NCBI GenBank assembly: GCA_964415355.1
Contig: CAYPYS010000001.1
Span: 215,399-279,398 of the forward strand
DNA length: 64,000 bases
DNA from: an uncultured Planctomycetia bacterium
GTDB taxonomy: Bacteria; Omnitrophota; Gorgyraeia; Gorgyraeales; Gorgyraeaceae
Direction of reading: 5' to 3'
The translations under genes were made by a program, and so were the position numbers. Below, in pieces: positions 8,600 through 17,205 of this stretch (within the stretch, counting starts at the first letter, position 1; each line of letters begins with the position of its first letter). The notes below the pieces were generated by a model, which was given only the letters and a program-made list of their open reading frames with translations, ran no database searches and was not told the DNA's origin.

Positions 8600-8636
8600 T
8601 AACTTTACATTTTAACAATGTTAAAGTGTAAAGTTA
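8600..8636. repeat. PIE copy 4b (TAACTTTACATTTTAACAATGTTAAAGTGTAAAGTTA), second of a tandem pair
   Basis: Read directly. The stop of RND gene 8634..12437 (TAA) lies in its right end. Confidence 0.9.
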
Positions 8637-11600
8637 TTTTAATGCGTACCACCTGCCTGGGCCGAGAGGGCCGTGGGCTTCGAGCATACCGCGATCCACA
8701 AGCTCCTTCAGGTCCCTGGCTGCAGTAGGCACAGATATATTGAAACGCTCAGCGTATTCTTTGCGCGTGATTTTCTTTACTTCTTTTAAAAGCTCTAAAA
8801 GCTCTTCTTGTCTCTTTTTGAGAAGCGGCAGTTCTTCTGGCGCTTGAGGAGTGGGCTCAGGTTCTGGCTCGGGAGGCGCGGGTTCTGGCGGAGCAGGTTC
8901 TGACAGAGCAGGTTCAGGTGGTGCAGGTGGCGGCGGTGGAGGCAATTCTATTTTTGGCTCTTTTGGCGGCTTTGGCGTCTCTGGTTCCTTTGGCAACTCT
9001 TTCTTTTCTTGCTCTTGCGCTCTTATCTGAGGTTTGTATTCTTCTGCCTCTTTCAGTGATTCCGGCTCCTTTGGCTCTTCTTTTGGTTTCTCTTTCTTCT
9101 TAATACTAAAAGGTTTTACTTTGACCTTGAACTCCCTCGCCTCATCCGCCGATAATTTAATATCCCGATCCCTTTTAACTACTGGCTTTGCAATTTTTTT
9201 TGCTGCAGTCCTTGGCGGCTCAGCCTTTTTAACCGGCATAAGTTTAAAAACCGGCTTTGGCCCAAAAATACCGGCCACGACCAAATATATGCAAGGTATA
9301 ACAAAAAGTGTCAATATCGTTGAAACCAAAAGTCCGCCCATGACCGTTATCGCCATTGGACTCTGTATCTCCGCCCCTTCTGCAATGCCTGCTGCCAGCG
9401 GCAAAAGCCCCAGCACCGTGGTCATTGTCGTCATGAGAATCGGCCTGAGTCGCATCTTGCCTGACTCTATAACCGCTTCCACGAGCTCGACGCCTTTAGC
9501 GCGCAGCCTGTTTATTGAATCAATCAAAATAATACCGTTATTGACAACGATACCTCCAAGGATTATCACGCCGAGAATCACAACGACGCTGACAGGGGTA
9601 CCTGTAATAAATAACGCGAACAACGCTCCGATCGCAGAAAGCGGCAGCGTAAACATAATAATAAACGGCTGCCACAATGACTCGAATTGCGAAGCCATTA
9701 TCATGTAGACCAAGAGCATCGAGAGAAGCAGCGCAAACCTCAGCGACTTAAAAGATTCGCTCATCTGCTGACTTTCCCCCGAGAGATCAATGGTAAAAAG
9801 CTTCTCTGAGTCTCCCATCTTGTGCGACACCACGATCTTTTCCCGCTCAATATCCTCTATCATGGCCTCTATATCCATGATCACTTTATCCAGCGCCCTG
9901 TCAGCGATGTTGGCAGTCAGAAGAATAACCCTCTGTTGATCCAGCCTCTTTATCTCGCTAGGCCCTACGCCTTGACTGATATAGGCGACCTCTGACAGCG
10001 GCACCTCGATCCCGAGCGGAGAATGCACAAGCACGTTTCTGATTTGCGAGAGGCGCGACCGGCTTTCCTTCCTCAGTCTGACCCTCACATCTATCTCGTC
10101 TCCTTCTTCCTTAAACTTCGTCGCGACCACTCCTTTTATAGCAGTGTGCGCGGCCTGAGCTATGGTTCCCGTCGACAGATTGTAAAGCGATGCCTTGTCC
10201 TTAAGCACATTGACCTTTGTCTCTGGCGAAGGACTGATGAGACTCGTGCGGATACCGTATATACCTTTAACGCTAGCGAGTTTTGCTTTGACATACCTGG
10301 AAAGTTCTTCTATCTTATCAAGGTTTTTTCCTTTTATTTCAATGACAATAGGCGCGCTGCCCTGCAGGGCTGTCTTAAAAATACTCTCCTGTAGAATATA
10401 TTCTACCTGCGCTCCCTGCAGATCCAGTCTGTCTAATTCGCGTTTCAATTTTTCTATTGTCTTAGATGTCGGAGGCTGGCCTTTTCCTTTCTCCAGCGTC
10501 ACTATTATCTGAGATTGGTTGGACCCCAATGTTTCAACGCCTTGAGAATAGTCTTTTCTCGCGCTCGAGCCAATATTAACAGCCACGCCTTCAACGCCCC
10601 CTGTTCCAAAAAGTACTTTTTCTATCTTTGCCACAGCACTGTCCGTGGCCTCCAGCTTTGTGCCGCTAGGCATGTTGACTTTCATGATAAATTCGCGCTG
10701 GTCTATCTTTGGCATAAATTCCTTGTCCAGCAAGGCAAAAAGCCACACGCTCACGGCAAAAATTATAAAAATAAGGATCAGAAAAGCCACTCTGAATCTT
10801 AAAATCGTAGGTATGAGTCTTGAATAAACAGGCTTGAGGCCGAATGTAAATTCGCTCTTTTCTTCTCTGGATGCAGCGTTCGAATTCGAAATAGATCTCT
10901 GGGCGCGAAGACCGCCAACGCCGGTCAGCCGCGGGATCAAAGAAAGTGCCACAACTAAAGACGCGATCAGCGAAAACGTGACAGTAAAGGCGAGCTCTCT
11001 AAACAGCTGTCCCGCGACGCCAACGACAAATATCATCGGCAAAAATACTGCGACAGTAGTGAGCGTCGACGAGAAAATAGCTCCCGACATCTCGCTGGCC
11101 CCGGACTTACTCGCGTCTTTTATATTTACGTCTTTGCCTTTTTGGAGATGGGCGTAGATATTTTCAATTACAACTATTGCGTTGTCCACGAGCATGCCTA
11201 TACCGAGGGCCAGCCCGCCAAGAGAAAGCATGTTCAGCGAAATACCGTTGAAATACATGAGGCAGAACGCGACCATGATGGATATCGGCATTGAAAACGC
11301 GACTATTAAAGAAGCCCTGACCCTTCTTATAAAAATAAAAAGCACTAAAAATGCGAGAGCGCCTCCGATAATCGCAGCCTGCATGACCCCGCGTATTGAT
11401 TTTTTAATCAGGAGCGACTGGTCATATATTATGTCTATTTCCATTCCTTCCGGCAGATCTGCTTCTATTTCCTTCAGCCTCGCTCTTACTTTTTGGGCTA
11501 CAAGCAGGATGTTAACGCCCGCTTGTTTCTGCACAGCCACTGAAACGTTTTCCCTGCCATTGTAACGCGAGATGCTCGTGCGGTCTTTAAATGTGTCCTT

Positions 11601-12437
11601 GAGTTCCGCTATATCCTTAAGGTATATCAGTCTTTCTCTTTCCTTTATATCCTGAGCTTGTCGGGGAAGGATCGCGCGTAGCCCTGAGTCCTCGATCTCC
11701 CTGTCTACAACGGTCTCCTCTATATCCGAAAGCACCTGGAATTCCCCCATTGTCCTTATGAGGTATTCGTAAAAATGCTCCTCTATTGTGCCTGCTGGAT
11801 AATTTATATTAGACGACCGCAGAGCCTCAACGACCTTTGTGATGGAAATATTGGAAGCGCGCAGCCTTCCTTCGTCTATGGAGACAAGTATTTCGCGCTC
11901 CAGTCCGCCGGCAAGGTTACACGACGCCACGCCGTCGACCTTTTCAAGTTCGTCTTTGATAAATTTTCTCGAGAGCCGCAGGAGTTCTGAAGGAGACTTG
12001 TCGCCTCTGACGCTCAACGTAAGGACAGGCAGCTCAAACGGGTTGAATTTCATTACTATCGGGTCTGAAGAACCTATAGGAAGTCGTTCTTTTATGAGGT
12101 CTATTTTTTCGCTCACGCCGAGAGAGGCAAAATCCATGCTCGTGCCCCAGCCGAATTCACCGGTGACGATCGAAACGCCTTCCTTCGAGATAGAGCTTAT
12201 GCGTTTCAGATTACTGACTGTGCCGACCGCTTCTTCGATAATCTTCGTAATCAGTGTCTCGACTTCTTCTGGCGCTGCGTTTTCGTATGTGGTAACTACT
12301 GTGAGTTGCGGATAGGTGATAGAGGGGAAGAGTTCCCTAGGAAGGCGCGTAAGCGAGATCAACCCTAATATCAGCGCCCCCAAAAAGAACATGGAGATCG
12401 TAACAGGCCGATTTACTGAAAATTCTGGAAGTCGCAT
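8634..12437 (-). CDS. Efflux RND transporter permease subunit fused to a C-terminal ~230-aa extension (K/E-rich, then a Pro-rich low-complexity segment, then a winged-helix HTH)
   Basis: 1267 aa. The RND core runs to about aa 1035. Then comes a ...KEKPKEEPKEPESLKEAEEYKPQIRAQEQEKKELPKEPETPKPPKEPKIELPPPPPPAPPEPALSEPAPPEPAPPEPEPEPTPQAPEE linker. The C-terminus is ...ITRKEYAERFNISVPTAARDLKELVDRGMLEAHGPLGPGRWYALK, a DeoR/Fic-C-type wHTH. Confidence 0.8.
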   Translation of the reverse strand: MRLPEFSVNRPVTISMFFLGALILGLISLTRLPRELFPSITYPQLTVVTTYENAAPEEVETLITKIIEEAVGTVSNLKRISSISKEGVSIVTGEFGWGTSMDFASLGVSEKIDLIKERLPIGSSDPIVMKFNPFELPVLTLSVRGDKSPSELLRLSRKFIKDELEKVDGVASCNLAGGLEREILVSIDEGRLRASNISITKVVEALRSSNINYPAGTIEEHFYEYLIRTMGEFQVLSDIEETVVDREIEDSGLRAILPRQAQDIKERERLIYLKDIAELKDTFKDRTSISRYNGRENVSVAVQKQAGVNILLVAQKVRARLKEIEADLPEGMEIDIIYDQSLLIKKSIRGVMQAAIIGGALAFLVLFIFIRRVRASLIVAFSMPISIMVAFCLMYFNGISLNMLSLGGLALGIGMLVDNAIVVIENIYAHLQKGKDVNIKDASKSGASEMSGAIFSSTLTTVAVFLPMIFVVGVAGQLFRELAFTVTFSLIASLVVALSLIPRLTGVGGLRAQRSISNSNAASREEKSEFTFGLKPVYSRLIPTILRFRVAFLILIFIIFAVSVWLFALLDKEFMPKIDQREFIMKVNMPSGTKLEATDSAVAKIEKVLFGTGGVEGVAVNIGSSARKDYSQGVETLGSNQSQIIVTLEKGKGQPPTSKTIEKLKRELDRLDLQGAQVEYILQESIFKTALQGSAPIVIEIKGKNLDKIEELSRYVKAKLASVKGIYGIRTSLISPSPETKVNVLKDKASLYNLSTGTIAQAAHTAIKGVVATKFKEEGDEIDVRVRLRKESRSRLSQIRNVLVHSPLGIEVPLSEVAYISQGVGPSEIKRLDQQRVILLTANIADRALDKVIMDIEAMIEDIEREKIVVSHKMGDSEKLFTIDLSGESQQMSESFKSLRFALLLSMLLVYMIMASQFESLWQPFIIMFTLPLSAIGALFALFITGTPVSVVVILGVIILGGIVVNNGIILIDSINRLRAKGVELVEAVIESGKMRLRPILMTTMTTVLGLLPLAAGIAEGAEIQSPMAITVMGGLLVSTILTLFVIPCIYLVVAGIFGPKPVFKLMPVKKAEPPRTAAKKIAKPVVKRDRDIKLSADEAREFKVKVKPFSIKKKEKPKEEPKEPESLKEAEEYKPQIRAQEQEKKELPKEPETPKPPKEPKIELPPPPPPAPPEPALSEPAPPEPAPPEPEPEPTPQAPEELPLLKKRQEELLELLKEVKKITRKEYAERFNISVPTAARDLKELVDRGMLEAHGPLGPGRWYALK

Positions 12438-12459
12438 TATTCACTTTAAATTAATCTCC

Positions 12460-12496
12460 TAACTTTACATTTCAACAACGTTAAAATGTAAACTTA
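12460..12496. repeat. PIE copy 5 (TAACTTTACATTTCAACAACGTTAAAATGTAAACTTA)
   Basis: Read directly. It lies between the adaptor-gene stop (12504-12506, 8 nt away) and the RND start (12437). GGAG is 10 nt upstream of that ATG. Confidence 0.9.
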
Positions 12497-12503
12497 GGGA
12501 CAC

Positions 12504-13685
12504 TTATTCTTCTAGTATATTTTCCTGAACCTCTATTATATTAACGACCATACCATCTTTTAGTTCCTGGGAATAATCAACGACCACCAAATCGTCCTCG
12601 TATATTCCGAAGGAAATAACCGTATAGTCGCTTGTGATATAGTCCACGTCTACAGAGCGGGAAGAGACAACATTATCTTCGTCAACCGTAAATACACTAT
12701 AACCCTCGTCAGTCCTCTCGAGACTTAGACTCGGCACGACTATTGCATTATTAAATTCAGCGACGGTGATCATAGCCCTGCAAAACATTCCTGGCAAAAG
12801 CATGGCGCCCGGATTCTCTACCCTCACTCTAACAGTGAGCGTCCTGGACTTGCCCTCGATGACAGGAAATACATTGTCTATAACGCCCGTAAACGTTTCG
12901 CCCGGATACGCGTCGACCGTGACGGAAACGCCCTGTCCAAGCGCAATCTTATCAATATCTTTTTCAACTATCCCAAGCTCTATAAACACCTCTTTTATGC
13001 CATAGAGCGTAGCAATCTTGTCATGCGGCGTCACAAACTCCCCTACCTCGACATCGCGAGAACCTAGCACGCCGTCGCGCCACGCGTAGAGATCTGTCTT
13101 TACAAGTTCTGACTCTGCAGACTTTAGTTCGACCTTGGCTGACTCGACCTGAAGCGCCGCGCTCTTTGTCTCGAGTTCTACCTCTTCCAGCTTTGCCTTT
13201 ATAATGCCGCCTATATCGTAAAGATTTTTGTGTATATCCAGTTTCTTTTTTGCTGCCAATGCCTGAAGCTTTATAGACTCTAATTTGCTCTTGGCATAAT
13301 CCACTTTTAGCTGTGAGTCTTTTTTATCCAGGCTAGCTATCAAGTCTCCTTTGTAAATAATATCGCCTTCCCTGAAGCCTATAGTCTCTACCACGCCATT
13401 GATCTCGAATTTAAGCCCGATCTCCAGCGCGCCTTTTACTGTGCCCAGTACTGGCAGTTCATCCTTGAAATCCGTAGGCGCAGCCCTGTAACATCTGACA
13501 TGAGCAGCTTCAACAGCCTGAGCCTGCTGGCTGCTGTCAACGATCTCCATTTCCTGCCCTATGTCTTTTGTTTTCTGGATGCTATCTTTTGTTCTATGCC
13601 TTAACAATGAGAATCCCCACACTGCCAAAAAACCCACTACCCATAAAAGTATAAATCCTATGATTATCGTTTTCGACTTCTTCAT
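12504..13685 (-). CDS. Efflux RND transporter periplasmic adaptor subunit (membrane fusion protein, HlyD/AcrA family)
   Basis: 393 aa. It has an N-terminal TM anchor (IIIGFILLWVVGFLAVWGFSLL). Lipoyl/coiled-coil hairpin segments (...KLESIKLQALAAKKKLDIHKNLYD...) and a beta-barrel/MP domain follow. Confidence 0.8.
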   Translation of the reverse strand: MKKSKTIIIGFILLWVVGFLAVWGFSLLRHRTKDSIQKTKDIGQEMEIVDSSQQAQAVEAAHVRCYRAAPTDFKDELPVLGTVKGALEIGLKFEINGVVETIGFREGDIIYKGDLIASLDKKDSQLKVDYAKSKLESIKLQALAAKKKLDIHKNLYDIGGIIKAKLEEVELETKSAALQVESAKVELKSAESELVKTDLYAWRDGVLGSRDVEVGEFVTPHDKIATLYGIKEVFIELGIVEKDIDKIALGQGVSVTVDAYPGETFTGVIDNVFPVIEGKSRTLTVRVRVENPGAMLLPGMFCRAMITVAEFNNAIVVPSLSLERTDEGYSVFTVDEDNVVSSRSVDVDYITSDYTVISFGIYEDDLVVVDYSQELKDGMVVNIIEVQENILEE

Positions 13686-13698
13686 AACCTTTCCTTAT

Positions 13699-13721
13699 GT
13701 CATTCCCGCGCAAGCGGGAAC
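13699..13721. repeat. Hairpin GTCATTCCCGCG-CAAG-CGGGAAC (family B) in the 5' leader of the adaptor gene
   Basis: Read directly. Stem TCCCGC/GCGGGA with loop GCAA. Confidence 0.8.
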
Positions 13722-13723
13722 CC

Positions 13724-13760
13724 TAAGTATACATTTCAACAATGTTAAAATGTATACTTA
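13724..13760. repeat. PIE copy 6, GTATAC-stem variant (TAAGTATACATTTCAACAATGTTAAAATGTATACTTA)
   Basis: Read directly. The TolC-like gene stop (13758-13760) lies in its right end. Confidence 0.9.
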
Positions 13761-15593
13761 GGGCTTTGGGTGTGAGGCCAATCGGAAACTTCCGTCATCC
13801 AGAAACAAAGTATAGCCCGTAGCCCTGTTCAACTTTGCCAATGCCTGGTACAAGCTGCCGACCGCTTCTATATAAAATGACTTCTCGTCTGTAAGACTGA
13901 TGCGCGCCTGCATAAGCGCTGAATACGGTATTTCATTGAGCCCTGTTCGCGCTTTCGCGACCTTGAGTTCTTCTTCCCGATAATTCACCTTGTCCAGGTT
14001 TGCCCTTGCCTGTATCAAGCCTTTCTCGTATCCATAATAAGCATCTTTTATCTCTCTTATAATCGAGGCCTTTAGTTTCTTCAGCTCTTCCTTTGCCTTC
14101 TTAAATCCTATGCTGGCAGACTTTTTCTCAGAAAAACTCTGGAGGTTATCGAGGATCCCTATTTCAACAGACTGGCTCGCTGACTCTGTCCTGGTGCTTT
14201 CGCCGTGTTTCTCGCTCGTCTTGTCCTCTGTATAACCAGCGGATATTGTGTTGCCGCCAAGAGGCTTTGTCACTTTTAACCCAAGATACCAATCTTGATC
14301 CAATTCCAGCGTCTCTGTTTCAAACGCGCCGCCGGATTTTCCGTAAGAACCAGAGAGATCCACCTTAAACTGATCTTTGCTCTTCGCGATCTTCTGCCCA
14401 TAATCGTTAAAATCCACTATGTGCTTCTTTGCCTTGAAATCAGGCCTGTAACCAAACGCCAGATCCATGCACTGGTTCAATGTAACATCGACCTCTATCG
14501 CCTCAAGATAAGTAAGCTCTCCTAAGATCAAAACTTCACCCATATCGTCAGAGTCTTCGATGTTCATTGCCTGCGCGAGAGTCAATTTTGCCATGTCCAG
14601 CTCATTCTCGCTCGATGAGACCTGGTAGGCGATCTGCTTCATCTGTGAATGGACCTGCAAGAATTCTGTCTTTGTGCTCAAGCCCAGGTCAAACCTTTTC
14701 TTTGCCATCTCAAATATAGCCTCTGCGTCTTTTAATAGCTCACGCTGTTCCTTGAGGTTTATGCTCTTTACAATATATGAATAAAATGCTGTCTCTACGT
14801 CCATCCTCAAATCCTGCAATACCCTGTCATAATTTTCCTTTGAGGCCTTCATATTAGACATTGCCTGATCTACCGCATATTTAAGCCGCCAGCCATAATA
14901 CAGCGGGTGCTCGAACTTTATTTTGTACTCCTTGTCTGTGAAATCCTGGGTCGTGCCAGTAGTCTTACCTGTGGTCTCCATGTAATTCAAGCTCGCGGAC
15001 GGGTACAGCGCGCGGCGCGCCTCTCTGATCTTCAGCTCTGAGAGCTCTATTTCTTCCTTGGCTATGTCAGTGGATAAATTATTCTCAAGCGCGATATCTA
15101 TGGCCTGACCAATGTGCAGTTCCTCGGGCAGCGAGGCAGCAAACTCCGGCTCTGGTTCCCTGCTTTCAGTATAGTCCTCGCCAGGCTCTTTTTTAGGACT
15201 GGTCGCAAAGAATATCACAGGCACATCCAGCCATAGTTCTTCGGCGCCCAACTGGGCTGGAAAAGGCTTGAATCTATCTAATTTAAAAGTTGCCCTGAGA
15301 CAGATCTTGTCTAGATTTTTATTGCCTGAGGACTCAGAAACATAGATATCCCTTAGCTCACCCTTAGGAGAAAGAAGCATCTTAAGTTTCATTTCGCCCC
15401 TGGAATTAGACACAATATACCTCTCAGGCTTTCCTATGGCCTCATTTATATCCTTTGAAAGCCCAATTATATACTGTGTTATTGCTTCAATATTAGACGA
15501 AGATACTTGGTAGGCAAAAGATACAGTGCTGCATTGCGCTATAACTATAATAAATACAATAAGATACAATAATTTTCTATGCCTTGTAATCAT
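13758..15593 (-). CDS. Outer membrane efflux protein (TolC/OprM family) with an extra N-terminal ~130-aa domain
   Basis: 611 aa. It has a signal peptide (LLYLIVFIIVIAQCSTVSFA). Two TolC-like repeats with coiled-coil segments are present (...LYPSASLNYMETTGKT..., ...LTDEKSFYIEAVGSLYQALAKLNRATGY). It is the first gene of the tolC-MFP-RND-RND operon. Confidence 0.7.
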   Translation of the reverse strand: MITRHRKLLYLIVFIIVIAQCSTVSFAYQVSSSNIEAITQYIIGLSKDINEAIGKPERYIVSNSRGEMKLKMLLSPKGELRDIYVSESSGNKNLDKICLRATFKLDRFKPFPAQLGAEELWLDVPVIFFATSPKKEPGEDYTESREPEPEFAASLPEELHIGQAIDIALENNLSTDIAKEEIELSELKIREARRALYPSASLNYMETTGKTTGTTQDFTDKEYKIKFEHPLYYGWRLKYAVDQAMSNMKASKENYDRVLQDLRMDVETAFYSYIVKSINLKEQRELLKDAEAIFEMAKKRFDLGLSTKTEFLQVHSQMKQIAYQVSSSENELDMAKLTLAQAMNIEDSDDMGEVLILGELTYLEAIEVDVTLNQCMDLAFGYRPDFKAKKHIVDFNDYGQKIAKSKDQFKVDLSGSYGKSGGAFETETLELDQDWYLGLKVTKPLGGNTISAGYTEDKTSEKHGESTRTESASQSVEIGILDNLQSFSEKKSASIGFKKAKEELKKLKASIIREIKDAYYGYEKGLIQARANLDKVNYREEELKVAKARTGLNEIPYSALMQARISLTDEKSFYIEAVGSLYQALAKLNRATGYTLFLDDGSFRLASHPKP

Positions 15594-15897
15594 GTCTTAC
15601 CCTCGTGAAAAAGAAGTATACCATATGATTATATAATTGTCAATATTGGGGTTACAAAAATTTTGATACAGTTATGATACGGTTGGTTTGTTGGTGAGTC
15701 CCTTAGCATAATGAAGATATGCTAAGGCATGCTTAGGTCAGTCTTCGGAGGCCTCTTTATTTTTTGCGGACATGGTGCTTAACTTTACACTTTAACGTTG
15801 TTGAAATGTAAAGTTAAGCGAGCAAAAAATAAAAAGGAGAGAAAGCCGCTTCGCTGGGAGCGGCTGAGCGTCCTACGAAGACTGGCCTAAGCATGTC
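15594..15897. promoter_or_regulatory. Structured 304-bp intergenic region upstream of the efflux operon, with long inverted repeats bracketing a PIE copy
   Basis: Small hairpins: CTTAGCATAATGAAGATATGCTAAGG (~15700-15727), CTAAGGCATGCTTAGG (~15722-15738) and CCTAAGCATGTCTTAGG (~15885-15901). The left arm GGCATGCTTAGGTCAGTCTTCGGAGGCC (~15726-15753) is nearly the reverse complement of CGTCCTACGAAGACTGGCCTAAGCATG (~15869-15895). Inner inverted A/T runs are CTCTTTATTTTTTGCGG and GAGCAAAAAATAAAAAGGAG. A PIE sits at the centre. Confidence 0.6.
15780..15816. repeat. PIE copy 7 (TAACTTTACACTTTAACGTTGTTGAAATGTAAAGTTA; centre in flipped orientation)
   Basis: Read directly. The central 17-mer CTTTAACGTTGTTGAAA is the reverse complement of the copy-1 centre. 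Confidence 0.9.
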
Positions 15898-17139
15898 TTA
15901 GGCGTTTACGAAGACATGCCTTATTACAATACTGGCTGCACCAAGGGCAACTGAGTTCGTGCCGAGCTGGGCAGGTATTATCTTTACGATATTGGCTGGT
16001 TCCTCAAAAGCCCACTTCCTGACTGTCCTTCTCAAGGGCTCGAGAAAGAGGCTGCCAGACTTCTCTACGCCGCCTCCTATGATCACTATCTCTGGGTTAA
16101 ATAGGTTCACTAGATAGGCTACTCTAACGCCTAGATTAACAGCCGCGTCTTCCAAGAGGTCGATCGCAAGCGTGTCACCTGACTTTGCTGCCTCTATTAT
16201 ATTATCAATGCTCAACTTGTTCAAACTGCTGGCTGACTTGTCAGAAATAGTGGACTTTACACCCTTTTCTTCTATTAGCTTCCTGGCTTGGCTCACAAGA
16301 CCCAGGTCCAATCCCAACGGGAGCAAAAACGACAGATTCTTAGATAGTTTCAGGTAATCACCGTTTCTAGGATAATTTATGCGCAGCTCACCCGCGCTGC
16401 CGCTTGCTCCAGAGTATACGCCTCCTTTAATAATAATCCCACTCCCAACATCAGAATACATATAGATAACATCCTCTATATCTATCGGAAGCGCGTACAT
16501 CTTTTCTCCAAAAGCAGCGTAAGTAGCATCATTGCCAAGAAAACACGGCACGCCATACCTTTGTGAAATAAGGTCTTTTATTGTAATATAACTTGTGCGT
16601 ATGCCATGCTTGGTCGAGTCTCTTACAGTGCCCAGGGCATCGTCTATAACACCGCCTATTCCTATGCCGACTCCCTTGATCTTGTCTTTCTTAACATCCT
16701 TTTTGTTAATCAATGTCTCTATCAGATCCATGGACTTCTCTATAATCCTGTCCATGCTTTCTTTTTCCCTGTTAGTCTCGACCCTGGCTATTACCTTACC
16801 AGAAAGATCCGTGACAATGCCCGCCATGCTCGCGCCGCTTGCACCCATATGGCCGAGGTCAATGCCTATCGCATAACCGTTTCCGCTATTTAACTTTACC
16901 AGAGTCGGCTTCCTGCCGCCAGAAGAAGCCTCCATGCCGCTCTCTATAACAAGCCCATCCTTAATATGAGTATTTATGTAATTCGATACTGTCACTATAT
17001 TCAGGTCTGTTATCTTAGACACCTCTGCCCTGGTAATAGGCCCATTGCGACGGATCAGATCCAGTATGGAAAAATTTTTCTTCTCATGGTCCGACAATAA
17101 ATACGTTTCAAAAAGCCTGTTCTTATTAGCAGTTGGCAT
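15898..17139 (-). CDS. ROK-family transcriptional regulator (NagC/Mlc/XylR-like; N-terminal HTH plus sugar-kinase fold)
   Basis: 413 aa. HTH: ...FSILDLIRRNGPITRAEVSKITDLNIVTVSNYINTHIKDGLV. ROK/glucokinase motifs: ...GIGIGGVIDDALGTV..., ...GGVYSGASGSAGELRI... and a C-terminal ...IIGGGVEKSG. Confidence 0.75.
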   Translation of the reverse strand: MPTANKNRLFETYLLSDHEKKNFSILDLIRRNGPITRAEVSKITDLNIVTVSNYINTHIKDGLVIESGMEASSGGRKPTLVKLNSGNGYAIGIDLGHMGASGASMAGIVTDLSGKVIARVETNREKESMDRIIEKSMDLIETLINKKDVKKDKIKGVGIGIGGVIDDALGTVRDSTKHGIRTSYITIKDLISQRYGVPCFLGNDATYAAFGEKMYALPIDIEDVIYMYSDVGSGIIIKGGVYSGASGSAGELRINYPRNGDYLKLSKNLSFLLPLGLDLGLVSQARKLIEEKGVKSTISDKSASSLNKLSIDNIIEAAKSGDTLAIDLLEDAAVNLGVRVAYLVNLFNPEIVIIGGGVEKSGSLFLEPLRRTVRKWAFEEPANIVKIIPAQLGTNSVALGAASIVIRHVFVNA

Positions 17140-17168
17140 GGCTCCCTCCTTTTTTAATTGCGCCCTTC

Positions 17169-17205
17169 TAACTTTACACTTTAACGTTGTTGAAATGTAA
17201 AGTTA
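17169..17205. repeat. PIE copy 8 (TAACTTTACACTTTAACGTTGTTGAAATGTAAAGTTA)
   Basis: Read directly. The stop of ORF 17203.. (TAA) lies in its right end. Confidence 0.9.
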
